From an uncultured virus (IMG/VR IMGVR_UViG_3300035670_000180) (Duplodnaviria; Heunggongvirae; Uroviricota; Caudoviricetes), in IMG/VR virus record IMGVR_UViG_3300035670_000180: 64,000 nucleotides of DNA. One strand, written 5' to 3'. The notes below the pieces were generated by a model, which was given only the letters and a program-made list of their open reading frames with translations, ran no database searches and was not told where the DNA came from. Every line of letters starts with the position of its first letter. Position 1 is the first letter of the stretch. This document shows positions 1-9,831 of this stretch, piece after piece. Position numbers and translations under genes: made by a program.

Positions 1-2
1 TT

Positions 3-2189
3 GAAGTCATCCGCAATGCGGGCGCGCTCTCTGGCGCTGCACCTGCTGGCGCCGAGGTCGGCGTCGATGGGACAACCGGCAAGCTGTACTACGTGGACGG
101 CTCGGGCAATTGGCAGCCCGTCCAGGCGGCGGCTGAAGCTGAGGTGGTGAGATCGCCTGCCGATCTCTCCGGCGCGGCTCCATCTGGCGCCGAGTGGGGC
201 ATCAACACGACGAGCGGCAAGCAGTTCTTCGTGGATGCGTCCGGCAATTGGACCGTTGCCCCGGCGAACGAGCTCGAGGTGGTTCGGAATGCTGGCGCTC
301 TGACCGGCGCGGCACCTGCTGGCGCCGAAGTCGGGGTGAATGCTACGAGCGGCCAGCTTTACTATGTCGACGGCTCTGGCAATTGGCAGCCCGTTCCGAG
401 CTCTGGCAGCATCTATTTGAGCGACGGGACGCTTGTTGCGAACCGGACCGTGAATGGCGGCGGCCGGAACCTGACCTTCACGAACGTGGCAGCCGCGTCG
501 ATCCTCGCGACCAACGCCGTGATCGAGGGTAGCACCAGCCTCGTTCTCAAGAGCAACAGCAAGTTGTCGGTATGGCCGACCGAAACGCCGATGGCGGGTG
601 AGTTCCTGAGAGTATCGAGTGTGTCGGGTGCGTCGGCAACGCTGGAGTGGGCGTCCGCTTCGGGCGCCGAACTTGAGGTCATCAGCAATGCTGGAGCTCT
701 GTCTGGCGCTGCTCCGGCTGGTGCAGAGGTCGGCGTCGATAACACGACCGGCCAGATGTACTACGTGGACGGTTCCGGCAATTGGCAGTCCGCTGCTGCG
801 GCCTCTATGTCGGAGGTCTTGCGTCAAGGCGGCGACCTCACTGGCGCTGCTCCCGCAAACATGAAGCTGGGCGTAAACTCGGTCGACGGAACGCTGTTTT
901 ACGCCTCTTCCGGTGGCAATTGGGAGCAAGCCCGCGCGCTGGAATTGGAAGTCGTGTCCAACGCTGGCGCCCTCTCTGGCGCTGCTCCGGCTGGCGCGGA
1001 GGTCGGTATCGATACGACAACCGGTCAGTTCTACTACGTGGACGGCTCGGGCACATGGCAGTCCAGTGCAATGGGCACCGAACTAGAAGTCGTGATGAGT
1101 TCCGGCGCGCTTTCTGGCGCGGCACCGGTTGGAGCCAAGGTCGGCATCAATAACACGACCGGCACCACCTACTTCGTCAACTCTTCCGGCAATTGGCAGA
1201 CTGCGCCTTACAGCGGGGGCACCGCCTTTAAGACGACAGTCTCGGACGAGACTGGGTCTAGCTATTCAGGGACGCCTCTTACTCATCCTCCGGGTCCGAG
1301 CGCTGGCGATCTCCACATCGAAATCTACGACGACAAGATCGCGTGGTACGTCTTCGAGTTGACCACCGCTGCACAGTGGGGTGTCGCGGCCACGGTCGGC
1401 ATCTCCGGCCTTAGCAACAACATCTACACGCAAGACGGCACGCTGACGGCAAACCGGACGCTCGACGGCGGCGGCAACAATCTGACGGTCACGAATACCG
1501 ACGCCACGATGCTGGAGTCGCGTGTCCTCGGGCTGGTGGCAGACGACGACATCACGCTCGGCGTCGGAGGCGTCCTCGCGAGTTGGCCGACAGACGCGCC
1601 TAATGTCGGCGACGTGCTCTCCGTGTTTGGGACGGGCGCCGTGGCTACGCTGCATTGGTCGCCTCCAACCTCCGTGAGCGAAGTCGTCATGAGTTCCAGC
1701 GCGCTCACGGGCGCGGCCCCGGCCGGAGCGAAGGTCGGCGTCAACACTACAAGCGGCACGACGTACTACGTGAATGCGTCTGGCAATTGGGCTCAAGTGG
1801 TCGCCGCCTCCTCCGCCACCGTCGCCACGTCCGACCAGACCATGGACGATTCGCACACGATGTATCTTGCCGGGAAAACATGGTCGATCAGGGGTGCGTA
1901 CGGAGACGGCTCAACGCTAAGCATCAACGTCCCTTACGTCAATGTGAACGGGCAGCAGAGCACGTCGATCTACTGTGAGGGGACCTACTTGAGCCTCATA
2001 AGCTCGAATGCAAATGGCGTTGTGAGGACGTTGGCGCCTGAGATTGAGCTGCGTGCGAACAGCCGCATCTTGTTCAAGTTGGGCACAGGCGTCAATGCGA
2101 ATGAAGAGTTGTTCTGGCCCGTATCTCCTCCGACTGCCGCTGGCCAGAAGTTGACCTACAACGGCAGCAGTCAGTTGGTTTGGGCATAA
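3..2189 (+). CDS. Large modular repeat protein, probably virion fibre/decoration (5'-truncated by window edge)
   Basis: Frame is open from nt 3 (EVIRNAGALSGAAP...). Eight copies of a ~45-aa unit (EVVxNAGALSGAAPAGAEVGxxxTTGQxYYVDGSGNWQ) and two copies of an IYxxDGTLxANRT...WPT module; G/A/S/T-rich. Confidence 0.7.
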   Translation, partial: EVIRNAGALSGAAPAGAEVGVDGTTGKLYYVDGSGNWQPVQAAAEAEVVRSPADLSGAAPSGAEWGINTTSGKQFFVDASGNWTVAPANELEVVRNAGALTGAAPAGAEVGVNATSGQLYYVDGSGNWQPVPSSGSIYLSDGTLVANRTVNGGGRNLTFTNVAAASILATNAVIEGSTSLVLKSNSKLSVWPTETPMAGEFLRVSSVSGASATLEWASASGAELEVISNAGALSGAAPAGAEVGVDNTTGQMYYVDGSGNWQSAAAASMSEVLRQGGDLTGAAPANMKLGVNSVDGTLFYASSGGNWEQARALELEVVSNAGALSGAAPAGAEVGIDTTTGQFYYVDGSGTWQSSAMGTELEVVMSSGALSGAAPVGAKVGINNTTGTTYFVNSSGNWQTAPYSGGTAFKTTVSDETGSSYSGTPLTHPPGPSAGDLHIEIYDDKIAWYVFELTTAAQWGVAATVGISGLSNNIYTQDGTLTANRTLDGGGNNLTVTNTDATMLESRVLGLVADDDITLGVGGVLASWPTDAPNVGDVLSVFGTGAVATLHWSPPTSVSEVVMSSSALTGAAPAGAKVGVNTTSGTTYYVNASGNWAQVVAASSATVATSDQTMDDSHTMYLAGKTWSIRGAYGDGSTLSINVPYVNVNGQQSTSIYCEGTYLSLISSNANGVVRTLAPEIELRANSRILFKLGTGVNANEELFWPVSPPTAAGQKLTYNGSSQLVWA

Positions 2190-2225
2190 CTGCACATCAA
2201 CAGCGCACACTCAGAAGGGGGAACG

Positions 2226-2372
2226 ATGATCACATTGACGGAACAAGAGACGCAGGCGTTGCTGAACGACTTGTCCAAGTTGCCATATGGGCAGGTCGTC
2301 GGCATCATCAGTTTCATCACCGTGAAGATTCAGCAGGGCAAACAGGCTGAAGCGGCTTTGGCCGCCAAATAG
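2226..2372 (+). CDS. Small hypothetical protein (48 aa, MITLTEQETQALLNDLSKLPYGQV...)
   Basis: Purine-rich RBS (AGAAGGGGG) before ATG 2226, TAG at 2370-2372; too short for the ORF track. Confidence 0.6.
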   Translation: MITLTEQETQALLNDLSKLPYGQVVGIISFITVKIQQGKQAEAALAAK

Positions 2373-2399
2373 CGACTACCTTTCAGTATCGAGTAGCAG

Positions 2400-2434
2400 C
2401 GGCGCTTGGGGAGACCCAGGCGCCGTTTTCGTTT
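2400..2434 (+). terminator. Intrinsic terminator-like hairpin
   Basis: CGGCGCTTGGG-GAGA-CCCAGGCGCCG followed by TTTTCGTTT. Confidence 0.65.
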
Positions 2435-2496
2435 GGAGAACCAACTTGGCCGCGCCGAATGGCGCGAGCTCAACACGCGAACAGGCTCCCCCGCAC

Positions 2497-4125
2497 ATGA
2501 CGATATCGATCCGGCTTACCGCTGCGTTCCAGAGGATCGCGACCGAGTTCCGCGCGGTCCGCACTCTGATCGGAGGCTCGGCAACGGCCGATGCTTCGGC
2601 GCTCCAGACGAGCGCGACCAACCTTGTTGACGCGATCAACGAGGTCCGGGCCATTGGCTTGTCCAAGGCCGCCATCGACGATGTGAACCTTTCCGCATTG
2701 GCGGTATGGTCGTCGCAGAAAACGTCGGCAGAAATCCAGGCTGCTGTCGCCGCCCTGGTCAATGGCGCCCCTGACGCCCTCAACACGCTGCAAGAGCTCG
2801 CGGCGGCGATGGGCGAGGACGCCAACCTCCAGCAGACGCTGCTGGCTGCAATTGGCGAGAAAGCAAACGCGGTCGACGTCTACACGAAGGTCGAGGTCGA
2901 TGCGGCCATTGCGGCTATCCCGCCTTACGTGCTGCCGACCGCGACGACTGATGTGCTTGGCGGCGTGACGGTGGACGGCACCACCATCGCCGTGAGCGCG
3001 GACGGCATCCTGAGCATTGCTCCAGACACGAGCGAGGGCGGCGGCTCGGACGGATCTTATCGCGGGTTTACCGGCTCGGTGAACCGCTTGTGGGGCAACG
3101 ATCCGAGCGTCAATCAGATCATCATCACGTCATCGCCGACCGCCTCGTTCTTCAACGAGACCGCGACCGTTGCGAACGACGATTTCACTGTCGGCGACCT
3201 GTCTCCGGGCGCGACCGTGGCGATGGTCAACCTCTACGGCGCGACGAGCATCGACGGCCTCCCGCTGCCCGCGATCACGACCTTCTTCCAACACTTCATC
3301 GACCGCGTCATGTACGACGGGAACACGCTGGTCTCGGATGCGGCGACGATCAAGAGCCGCTTCGAGGCAGAGATCGAGGGCCTTGTTGCGGAACTGCCCG
3401 CTGGCGCGCTGTACGAGAATTTCCAGTTCTTCACCGACCCACGCCTGTTCAGACCTCCATACACAACTACGGGCGTAGGCACCGGCCCCATTGATGTGTG
3501 GTACTACCCCTCGATGGGGCAGTGGAGGGCTCAAATCAGCAACGCCGCTATTGCGACCGGATGGCAGCAGACTGATCAGGTGACGATCAGCGGCGCCGAC
3601 CTTGGTGGGCTGACACCGCAACACGACCTCACGCTGACATTCCAGTCGGCGCTGTCGTTTGGCTGGTTCTTCAATCTCACGTGGGCATCGGGTAGCCCGC
3701 CGCAGGTTCTGGGAGGTTTCCCCGGATACTCCATCACGGATGGCGGCGGCGATCAGTACAACGACGGCAACTACATCGCGACTTCGATCAACTCCGAGGT
3801 GCCGTACAACTCTGGCATCGTGTCCCCCGGCGAGGATGCCTTCGGCGCCGGGTCTGAATATGTGGTCCTCTACCGAAACGCCGTCTGGGCCATGGTCGCG
3901 CTGAACACCAACGTCGGGTACGTCAAATACGACGGTCGGTTCGGGTCTGATAGCTCTGGCACTAAGGTCGTCGCCACGCTGGTCTCCGCTGGCGGGTCAG
4001 TCCTGCCCTACAACAACGCGCAGATTTCCGGGCTGATCGAGGCCGCCGTGTCGCCGGTCCAGACCGAGATCAGCGCTGTTACGTCCGCTGATTACGTGGC
4101 CGTGTTCGAGGCATCCATCGCCTGA
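2497..4125 (+). CDS. Virion fibre-like protein, paralogue family member 1
   Basis: N-terminal EFRxxR...NLVDAINEVR...VWSSQKT...NGAPDALNTLQELA module shared with three other ORFs; ends DYVAVFEASIA. Start chosen by alignment to paralogues. Confidence 0.65.
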   Translation: MTISIRLTAAFQRIATEFRAVRTLIGGSATADASALQTSATNLVDAINEVRAIGLSKAAIDDVNLSALAVWSSQKTSAEIQAAVAALVNGAPDALNTLQELAAAMGEDANLQQTLLAAIGEKANAVDVYTKVEVDAAIAAIPPYVLPTATTDVLGGVTVDGTTIAVSADGILSIAPDTSEGGGSDGSYRGFTGSVNRLWGNDPSVNQIIITSSPTASFFNETATVANDDFTVGDLSPGATVAMVNLYGATSIDGLPLPAITTFFQHFIDRVMYDGNTLVSDAATIKSRFEAEIEGLVAELPAGALYENFQFFTDPRLFRPPYTTTGVGTGPIDVWYYPSMGQWRAQISNAAIATGWQQTDQVTISGADLGGLTPQHDLTLTFQSALSFGWFFNLTWASGSPPQVLGGFPGYSITDGGGDQYNDGNYIATSINSEVPYNSGIVSPGEDAFGAGSEYVVLYRNAVWAMVALNTNVGYVKYDGRFGSDSSGTKVVATLVSAGGSVLPYNNAQISGLIEAAVSPVQTEISAVTSADYVAVFEASIA

Positions 4126-4218
4126 GCAAGCAGTCTGATCGCATAGACCAACGATCCCTCAAGCGCAGCGTCATCTAGAAGACGGCGCTGCAATCTACCT
4201 AAGCAAGGAACTCCCCAA

Positions 4219-5310
4219 ATGACGATGGCAACTAACCTCATCGCCGCATTCCAGCGGGTCGGCGCTGAGTTTCGCTCCCTTCGCACGCTGATCGGCGGCT
4301 CTGCGACTTCGGATGTCGCGGCGCTCCAGACGACGGCCTCGAACCTCGTCGATGCGATCAACGAAGTCCGCGCAATTGGTCTGTCCAAGGCTGCAATCGA
4401 TGATGCCAACCTGTCTGGGTTGGCGGTGTGGTCGTCCCAGAAGACGTCGGATGAGATTCAGGCCGCCGTTGCCGCGCTGGTCAATGGCGCCCCCGGCGTG
4501 CTGGATACGCTGCAAGAGCTGGCCGCAGCCCTTGGCAACGATCCCGACCTCCAGGGAAACCTGCTGGCCGCGATCAGCCAGAAAGCTGACGCAGCTAACG
4601 TCTACACGAAGGTCGAGTCCGACCTCCTCATTTCCGATGCCGCGCGGCTTCAGGGCGTTCGGGTCATCGCATCGACGGATGCCTCCGTCTATGCTGACAG
4701 CTCGGTCCCGCCCCAGGCCGATCCCAGTGGCGCTGGCGGCTGGTACTTCCGCAACGACGCCCCGTCGACCAAGATCAACTGGTATCCGTATGCGGGCGTC
4801 GGCTCGCAGGTACTCGGCGACATCACCTCGATCTACATGGTCGTGACGTTCGCGAGTATCGCGAGCCTGCCGTTCATCGGCATCTACACGAAAAAGACCG
4901 GCACCGGCGATGCTGGTAGCTGGTATCGCTCGCGGATCGTGTACGAGTCGTTCTCGTCCCCGCCCCAGGTCGGCACCACGTACCTCGTGTATTGGGGCGT
5001 CGATCCTGGCGTGTATCCCGAGCTGCCGCGCCTCAACATCACGGGCACGCAGGCGGCCAACTCGATTGGCCCGCGTGCGCCGACCGAGGAAATCCTCACG
5101 TATTCGTGGGGCACGAACAGCGGCGCGGCTGTCGGCAACGTCCAGATGACCGCCCGCGAGATGGGCCACCGGATCGCTGGCATCGCCACGGCGTGCCCGC
5201 TCGTCCATGTCGGCGCCAGCGCGGCGCAGTTCCAGGCCGTCAACACCGAAGTGACCGGCGCGGCCAATACGGACTACGAGGCCGTGTTCGTTACCGCGCT
5301 CTCTGCCTAA
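4219..5310 (+). CDS. Virion fibre-like protein, paralogue family member 2
   Basis: First ~130 aa nearly identical to 2497..4125, different central domain, ends DYEAVFVTALSA; RBS AAGGA. Confidence 0.7.
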   Translation: MTMATNLIAAFQRVGAEFRSLRTLIGGSATSDVAALQTTASNLVDAINEVRAIGLSKAAIDDANLSGLAVWSSQKTSDEIQAAVAALVNGAPGVLDTLQELAAALGNDPDLQGNLLAAISQKADAANVYTKVESDLLISDAARLQGVRVIASTDASVYADSSVPPQADPSGAGGWYFRNDAPSTKINWYPYAGVGSQVLGDITSIYMVVTFASIASLPFIGIYTKKTGTGDAGSWYRSRIVYESFSSPPQVGTTYLVYWGVDPGVYPELPRLNITGTQAANSIGPRAPTEEILTYSWGTNSGAAVGNVQMTAREMGHRIAGIATACPLVHVGASAAQFQAVNTEVTGAANTDYEAVFVTALSA

Positions 5311-5413
5311 GCTCGGATGGCGGTGATGGTCTCCCGGCCATCACCGTCTACCGCTGCAACGGCGAGTTGATCGTTGCTCGGCTTGAATGCCGGGCGCACT
5401 CGCGGAGTCTTTC

Positions 5414-5869
5414 ATGTCCCTTGCGACCCGTATCACATCGCTGGCCCAATCCATCGCCAGCGAGACACGGTCTATCCGTCGATCCGTATTCGGCGGCGAG
5501 ACGGCGTCCGCATCGTGGCTCGATACGGATGCCAAGAATGTCGTCGGCGCGATCAACGAAGTGCGGCGCGCGGTCATCCCAACGATTGAGATCGCGGCGA
5601 ACGGCTCGCATGCTGTCTTGTGGGCTCCGGCGATAGTGCTCTGCGACGTTTCAAGCGGTCCGGTCGTCATTTCGATCCCGGCATCGGGCCGCGTCTCTCT
5701 GATCATCACGGGCGGCGATCCATCGATCAGCAACGTCACGCTGACGAATAGCTCGGCCAAATTCAACGGGCAGCCCGGTCCCTACGTCATCAGCAGCGCG
5801 GCATTCGCGCGGTACGATTTCGAGTTCATCAACGCGACTTATGGGTTCTCCATCATCCGCAACGCATGA
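5414..5869 (+). CDS. Virion protein, paralogue family member 3
   Basis: MSLATRITSLAQSIASETRSIRR...KNVVGAINEVR matches the family N-terminus; RBS GGAG before ATG 5414. Confidence 0.6.
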   Translation: MSLATRITSLAQSIASETRSIRRSVFGGETASASWLDTDAKNVVGAINEVRRAVIPTIEIAANGSHAVLWAPAIVLCDVSSGPVVISIPASGRVSLIITGGDPSISNVTLTNSSAKFNGQPGPYVISSAAFARYDFEFINATYGFSIIRNA

Positions 5870-5875
5870 GGCGCC

Positions 5876-6760
5876 ATGTCTTTCGAGATCGTGCTGAGCG
5901 CCACGCTCCGTGAGGAGAGCGGCGAAGTTCAGCCTGTAGGCGGCCCGTTCCGGCGTGGCCGCTTTTCTTTTTCGGATCACCCCGATGATCCTGGCGGCCG
6001 GACGATGATGGGCATCATCCAGCGCGAGTACGACGACTTCCGCGCGGCACGTAAGCAGCCCGCGATGGATGTCGCGATGATCACCGACCATGAAGTCCTC
6101 GACATCTATCGGGACAGCTATTGGACCCCGGTCCAAGGCGATGCGCTCCCGCCCGGCATCGACTTGGCTGTCTTTGATTTCGGCGTCAATTCCGGGCCGG
6201 TGACGGCTATCAAGAAGCTGCAATCCGCGCTGGGCGTCGTGCCCGATGGGCATATCGGCGTGCGCACGAAACGCGCCCTGGCCGAATGCGACCCCGTCTC
6301 GGTCGTCACGTCTCTGATGCAACTGCGGCGCGACTATTGCCGGTCGCTCCGCAACTATCCCAGCTTCAAGAATGGCTGGGAGAAGCGGTGGGATCGGATC
6401 GAGAAGATCGCGTTGCGCATGGCTACGGTGCCGGACGCGCCGCAGCCCATGCCGGTGACGGAGCGCGTTATCGATCCGCCTGTGGCGGTGAAGGCCATCG
6501 ACGCCCCGCCATCGCGCATGTCGCAGTCCGATACGGGCAACGCGGCCCTGATCGGCGGCGGATCGGGACTGGCGAGCATCGGCACGTCCGTGGCGAAGGC
6601 TGCGGGCGAGCTTATGTCTGCGGGCAAGCCGGTGTCGTTCCCGGTGCTCATCGTCGAGGCGGCGTCGAAGGAACTCTTCTGGCTCGGCATCGCGGCGTTC
6701 GCGTCGTGCGTTTTCATCTGGTCCGAGCGCCGCCGCAAGCTAAGGATGCACCACCATTGA
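5876..6760 (+). CDS. Endolysin, glycoside hydrolase family 108 with peptidoglycan-binding domain and hydrophobic C-terminus
   Basis: DHPDDPGGRTMMGI, YW, FDFGVNSGP, DGHIGVRT and FKNGWEKR motifs typical of GH108; upstream of spanins. Confidence 0.85.
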   Translation: MSFEIVLSATLREESGEVQPVGGPFRRGRFSFSDHPDDPGGRTMMGIIQREYDDFRAARKQPAMDVAMITDHEVLDIYRDSYWTPVQGDALPPGIDLAVFDFGVNSGPVTAIKKLQSALGVVPDGHIGVRTKRALAECDPVSVVTSLMQLRRDYCRSLRNYPSFKNGWEKRWDRIEKIALRMATVPDAPQPMPVTERVIDPPVAVKAIDAPPSRMSQSDTGNAALIGGGSGLASIGTSVAKAAGELMSAGKPVSFPVLIVEAASKELFWLGIAAFASCVFIWSERRRKLRMHHH

Positions 6761-7176
6761 GCTTCGCGGTCATCGTGCAATGGGCACGAAAGCTGAGCGG
6801 CGGCCCATACGGCTTTGCCCTCGGCATCACTGCATGCGTGCCGATCATCATCGTCGGCCTCGTGGCTGGTCTCAAGATTCACATCGGATCGGTCAAGCGA
6901 CAGGCCATCGAAGTGTGCGAGGCGCAGGAGCGCGCCGACCGGCTGGCGCTTGAGAAGCAACTGATCCTGAAAGCCCAGGCTGACGGCGAGCGGGCGCTTG
7001 CGGAGCGGTCGCGCGATCTCGACGCGGCGGGCATGCGGATCGCGGACCTAGAGCAACAATTGAAGGACGCGCGCGATGCGCTCGACGCCTTACCTGATGC
7101 TGGCGACGTTGTCTTTCCCGCTGACGATCCTTGGCTGCGCAAAAGAGGCGCCGCCGCCCGAAGTCCCGGTCGTTGA
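6757..7176 (+). CDS. Inner-membrane spanin (Rz-like)
   Basis: TTG start overlapping the endolysin stop; N-terminal TM segment then coiled coil; overlaps a lipoprotein gene. Confidence 0.6.
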   Translation: MSFAVIVQWARKLSGGPYGFALGITACVPIIIVGLVAGLKIHIGSVKRQAIEVCEAQERADRLALEKQLILKAQADGERALAERSRDLDAAGMRIADLEQQLKDARDALDALPDAGDVVFPADDPWLRKRGAAARSPGR

Positions 7177-7393
7177 GCTATCGACGTTCCGGTGCCCGCC
7201 AATCGATGACGGCGCTCGCAATGCGATCCTGCACCGCGTCCCGCGCCCGAAAGGGGCGGTGAGCAAAGCGGATGTGCGCCGCTGGGTCGATTCCCTCGAG
7301 GTCGATGCCGAGCGCAAGATCGAGGCGGGGATGTTGATCATGCGTGAGTACGACGATTGCCGCGACGGCGGCAGTGGCGAGCCTGCAAGCTAG
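7076..7393 (+). CDS. Outer-membrane spanin lipoprotein (Rz1-like)
   Basis: Signal peptide with lipobox ILGC, then Pro-rich segment; overlaps the Rz-like gene in another frame. Confidence 0.65.
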   Translation: MRSTPYLMLATLSFPLTILGCAKEAPPPEVPVVELSTFRCPPIDDGARNAILHRVPRPKGAVSKADVRRWVDSLEVDAERKIEAGMLIMREYDDCRDGGSGEPAS

Positions 7394-7541
7394 CGAGATT
7401 GCCATGCGAGATGCACAGCCCCGTCACGGGGATCAGACGCGGAAGCTCGGGGAATACGACAACCGGATCACCATCGCAGCGCTTGCCGTGACGGCTGGCG
7501 TAGCCGCCGCCCATCATGCCACGTCAAAAGGAGGCGGCAGC

Positions 7542-8036
7542 GTGGACACGATCAAGGACCTTGCCACCTCTGACTTGGCAAGGAGTGTTGCGTTCGGTGC
7601 GGTCGGCGGCATGATCGTCTCGGTATTTTCGCGTGCTGGTGTGACCGAGGTCCTGGGGCGCATCTTCGTCGGCTCGGCGCTCGCGGCGACATTGGCGCCG
7701 TGGATCAGCGAGGTCGTGCTGAAGGTCGCGCCGACTTCGACCGCGTATCCCGTCCTGTCCTGCACCATCGGCATCCTCGGATATCAGATCGTGCAGAAGA
7801 TGATTCACGACCCGAGCGCGATCCCCGTGATTGGCCCGCTGCTCGGCAAGATGGTTGGCATTCCCGATCCGGCCCCGCATGGCGGCCACAGAGGGCCGGA
7901 AGCTGCCGCCGCACCCGATATAGCTAAGACGCCCGAAACGCCCGCCAGCGGCGAGCCCAGAGCGTCCTGCGGCCCGTTCCAGACATGGTCGCCGCCCCCA
8001 GCCAATTCGCGCCCGCGCGTCCCTCTCGCGAGATAG
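7542..8036 (+). CDS. Putative holin (about 3 TM segments)
   Basis: Strong RBS AAGGAGG before GTG 7542; three hydrophobic stretches; inside the lysis cassette. Confidence 0.55.
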   Translation: MDTIKDLATSDLARSVAFGAVGGMIVSVFSRAGVTEVLGRIFVGSALAATLAPWISEVVLKVAPTSTAYPVLSCTIGILGYQIVQKMIHDPSAIPVIGPLLGKMVGIPDPAPHGGHRGPEAAAAPDIAKTPETPASGEPRASCGPFQTWSPPPANSRPRVPLAR

Positions 8037-8040
8037 CCCA

Positions 8041-8481
8041 ATGCTGACCAGCTCTCTGACCTATACCTCGACGCCGGTCGAACAGTGTCGCCGCCCGGTT
8101 GTCCCCGCCTGCGATCCGACGATAGTCACGTCCGGCATCAACCCGCCGTCGATCAACAACGAGATTCTGCTGGTCAAGGCGGGCGACATTATCGATGTCG
8201 GCCTCGACTGGACGGATTGGATCAAGGAGAACGGCGGCAAGATTTCGAGCAGCACATGGGCCGCTCATGCGTTGAGCCCGCAAGCTCCCACGATCACCGC
8301 CATCACGCTGATCGACGAGGCCAACACCCACACCGTCTGCATCGTGGATGCGAGCGCGGCGGCGGTCGGCGACATCTACTACCTCACGAACACGATCACC
8401 GTAGACGGGATCGCGGCTGGCGCATTCGTCATGCCGACGCGGACCGTCAATCGCGTGATCCATGTGAGGATCGTCCTTTGA
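8041..8481 (+). CDS. Phage structural protein (fibre/tail adaptor-like)
   Basis: KAGDIIDVGLDWTDW...ISSSTW motif seen in small beta-rich virion proteins; context. Confidence 0.5.
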   Translation: MLTSSLTYTSTPVEQCRRPVVPACDPTIVTSGINPPSINNEILLVKAGDIIDVGLDWTDWIKENGGKISSSTWAAHALSPQAPTITAITLIDEANTHTVCIVDASAAAVGDIYYLTNTITVDGIAAGAFVMPTRTVNRVIHVRIVL

Positions 8482-8879
8482 GCCGCTTCATGCAGCAGCT
8501 CGCGCGGGCATCGAGCATCATGGATGCCAAGCTCGGCACGACGGCGGTCATCCACCCCACAATCTCGCGGCCCAATCGGCGAGCCTCGGCGGCGCCGGAC
8601 CGGCCCAGCTATGAGGTCTGCGGCATCTACGATGAGATCGAGCGCCCTATGGGTGGCTCGAAGTCGCCGGGCGCGGATGGGCTGGACGAGACGATGATCT
8701 CGTCGATGGTGTCGACGCTGTCCGTCCAGCGGGGCGCGTGCAAGTTCCCGCCGACCCAGGGCGACAGGGTCTACATCCCGCACCTCGGGCGCTGGTTCGC
8801 TGTCCTCGACGTGCGCTTCGACATGCACACACGCACGACGCTGGTGCTCGAGAACCTTGAGGCCCCGCCCGCCGCATGA
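8478..8879 (+). CDS. Head-tail joining protein (gpFII-like)
   Basis: TTG start overlapping the previous stop; PTQGDRVYI...WFAVLDVRFD...TTLVL beta-barrel pattern; position before tail genes. Confidence 0.5.
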   Translation: MSRFMQQLARASSIMDAKLGTTAVIHPTISRPNRRASAAPDRPSYEVCGIYDEIERPMGGSKSPGADGLDETMISSMVSTLSVQRGACKFPPTQGDRVYIPHLGRWFAVLDVRFDMHTRTTLVLENLEAPPAA

Positions 8880-9619
8880 TCCCGAACAGGCTCCTCCTTC
8901 GGGCCGCGACCGTCCTGGCGCTCACGCGGGGCGGCGATGGTCCATTTCCGACGATGGCCGGGGAAGCCGTCTTCGATAGCAAGATCAGGCCCGTCACGGA
9001 TATCGCTCAAGAGAGCATGACACCGGTGGCGCTGGTCTACACGGCCGACGAGAAGCGCACGAACGTGGCGAGCGGCGGAAGCGGCCGGGCTGTCTGGCAG
9101 CGCAAGGTGAACCTCGTCATCGAGATCGCGATAGGCTCCGTCTCCAACAGCGGCGTCAGCTGGATCGAGACCGATGCCGAGCTCGAGGCGATGCTTGATC
9201 TCTTCGAGGCTGAGGTCGAGACGGCCCTGCATGATCCGACGAACCCTTGGGCTCTGGCTTGGCACCGCCTGGTCCGGTGCGTTGAGACGTGGGATAGCGA
9301 GCCCTTCCGATCATCCGAGCAGGCGGCGCGGTACGCTGTGCGCCAGATCGCGATTGAAGTCGCGCTCAATCAGGACTGCCTGCCCACGCCGACCATCGAC
9401 ACGGTGACGGCGACGGGGAGCGGACGTCGACTTCTGGTCCCGTACCTCGAGGCGCTGGAGGATCAAATCCTTGAGAGTCCAGTGTTTGCGAGCACGCGCG
9501 ACCTGATCAACGGCTCCCGCGACTTCGTGACGTTGCCCCCGCTGCGGAAGGTGGCGATCCGAACAGAGCAGGCGGCGACAACCCGCACCGACATCATCGA
9601 CATGGAGAAAACGTCGTGA
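8876..9619 (+). CDS. Neck/tail-completion protein
   Basis: ATGA-coupled ORF between joining protein and sheath; VFDS...PVALVYT motif. Confidence 0.5.
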   Translation: MIPNRLLLRAATVLALTRGGDGPFPTMAGEAVFDSKIRPVTDIAQESMTPVALVYTADEKRTNVASGGSGRAVWQRKVNLVIEIAIGSVSNSGVSWIETDAELEAMLDLFEAEVETALHDPTNPWALAWHRLVRCVETWDSEPFRSSEQAARYAVRQIAIEVALNQDCLPTPTIDTVTATGSGRRLLVPYLEALEDQILESPVFASTRDLINGSRDFVTLPPLRKVAIRTEQAATTRTDIIDMEKTS

Positions 9620-9828
9620 ACCTCATCAAGGTGTCCCCCGCGCCGGGCATGCGCATCATTGACCCGTTCACCGGCATCGAATTGCGTCCCGGCGTGATGC
9701 CGGACAATCCATTCTGGCGCCGAAGGGCGGCGGAGGGTGGCGTGATCATCGAGAGCGCAGACCCGCCCAAGCCTGTGGCTGCTCCTGCGAAGCCCTTCAT
9801 TGCCAGCAAGATTGCCCCCAAGGAGTAA
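9616..9828 (+). CDS. DUF2635-like (Mu gp38-like) small tail protein
   Basis: VSPAPGMRIIDP...NPFWRRRAAEGGV motif directly before the sheath. Confidence 0.7.
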   Translation: MNLIKVSPAPGMRIIDPFTGIELRPGVMPDNPFWRRRAAEGGVIIESADPPKPVAAPAKPFIASKIAPKE

Positions 9829-9831
9829 CCG

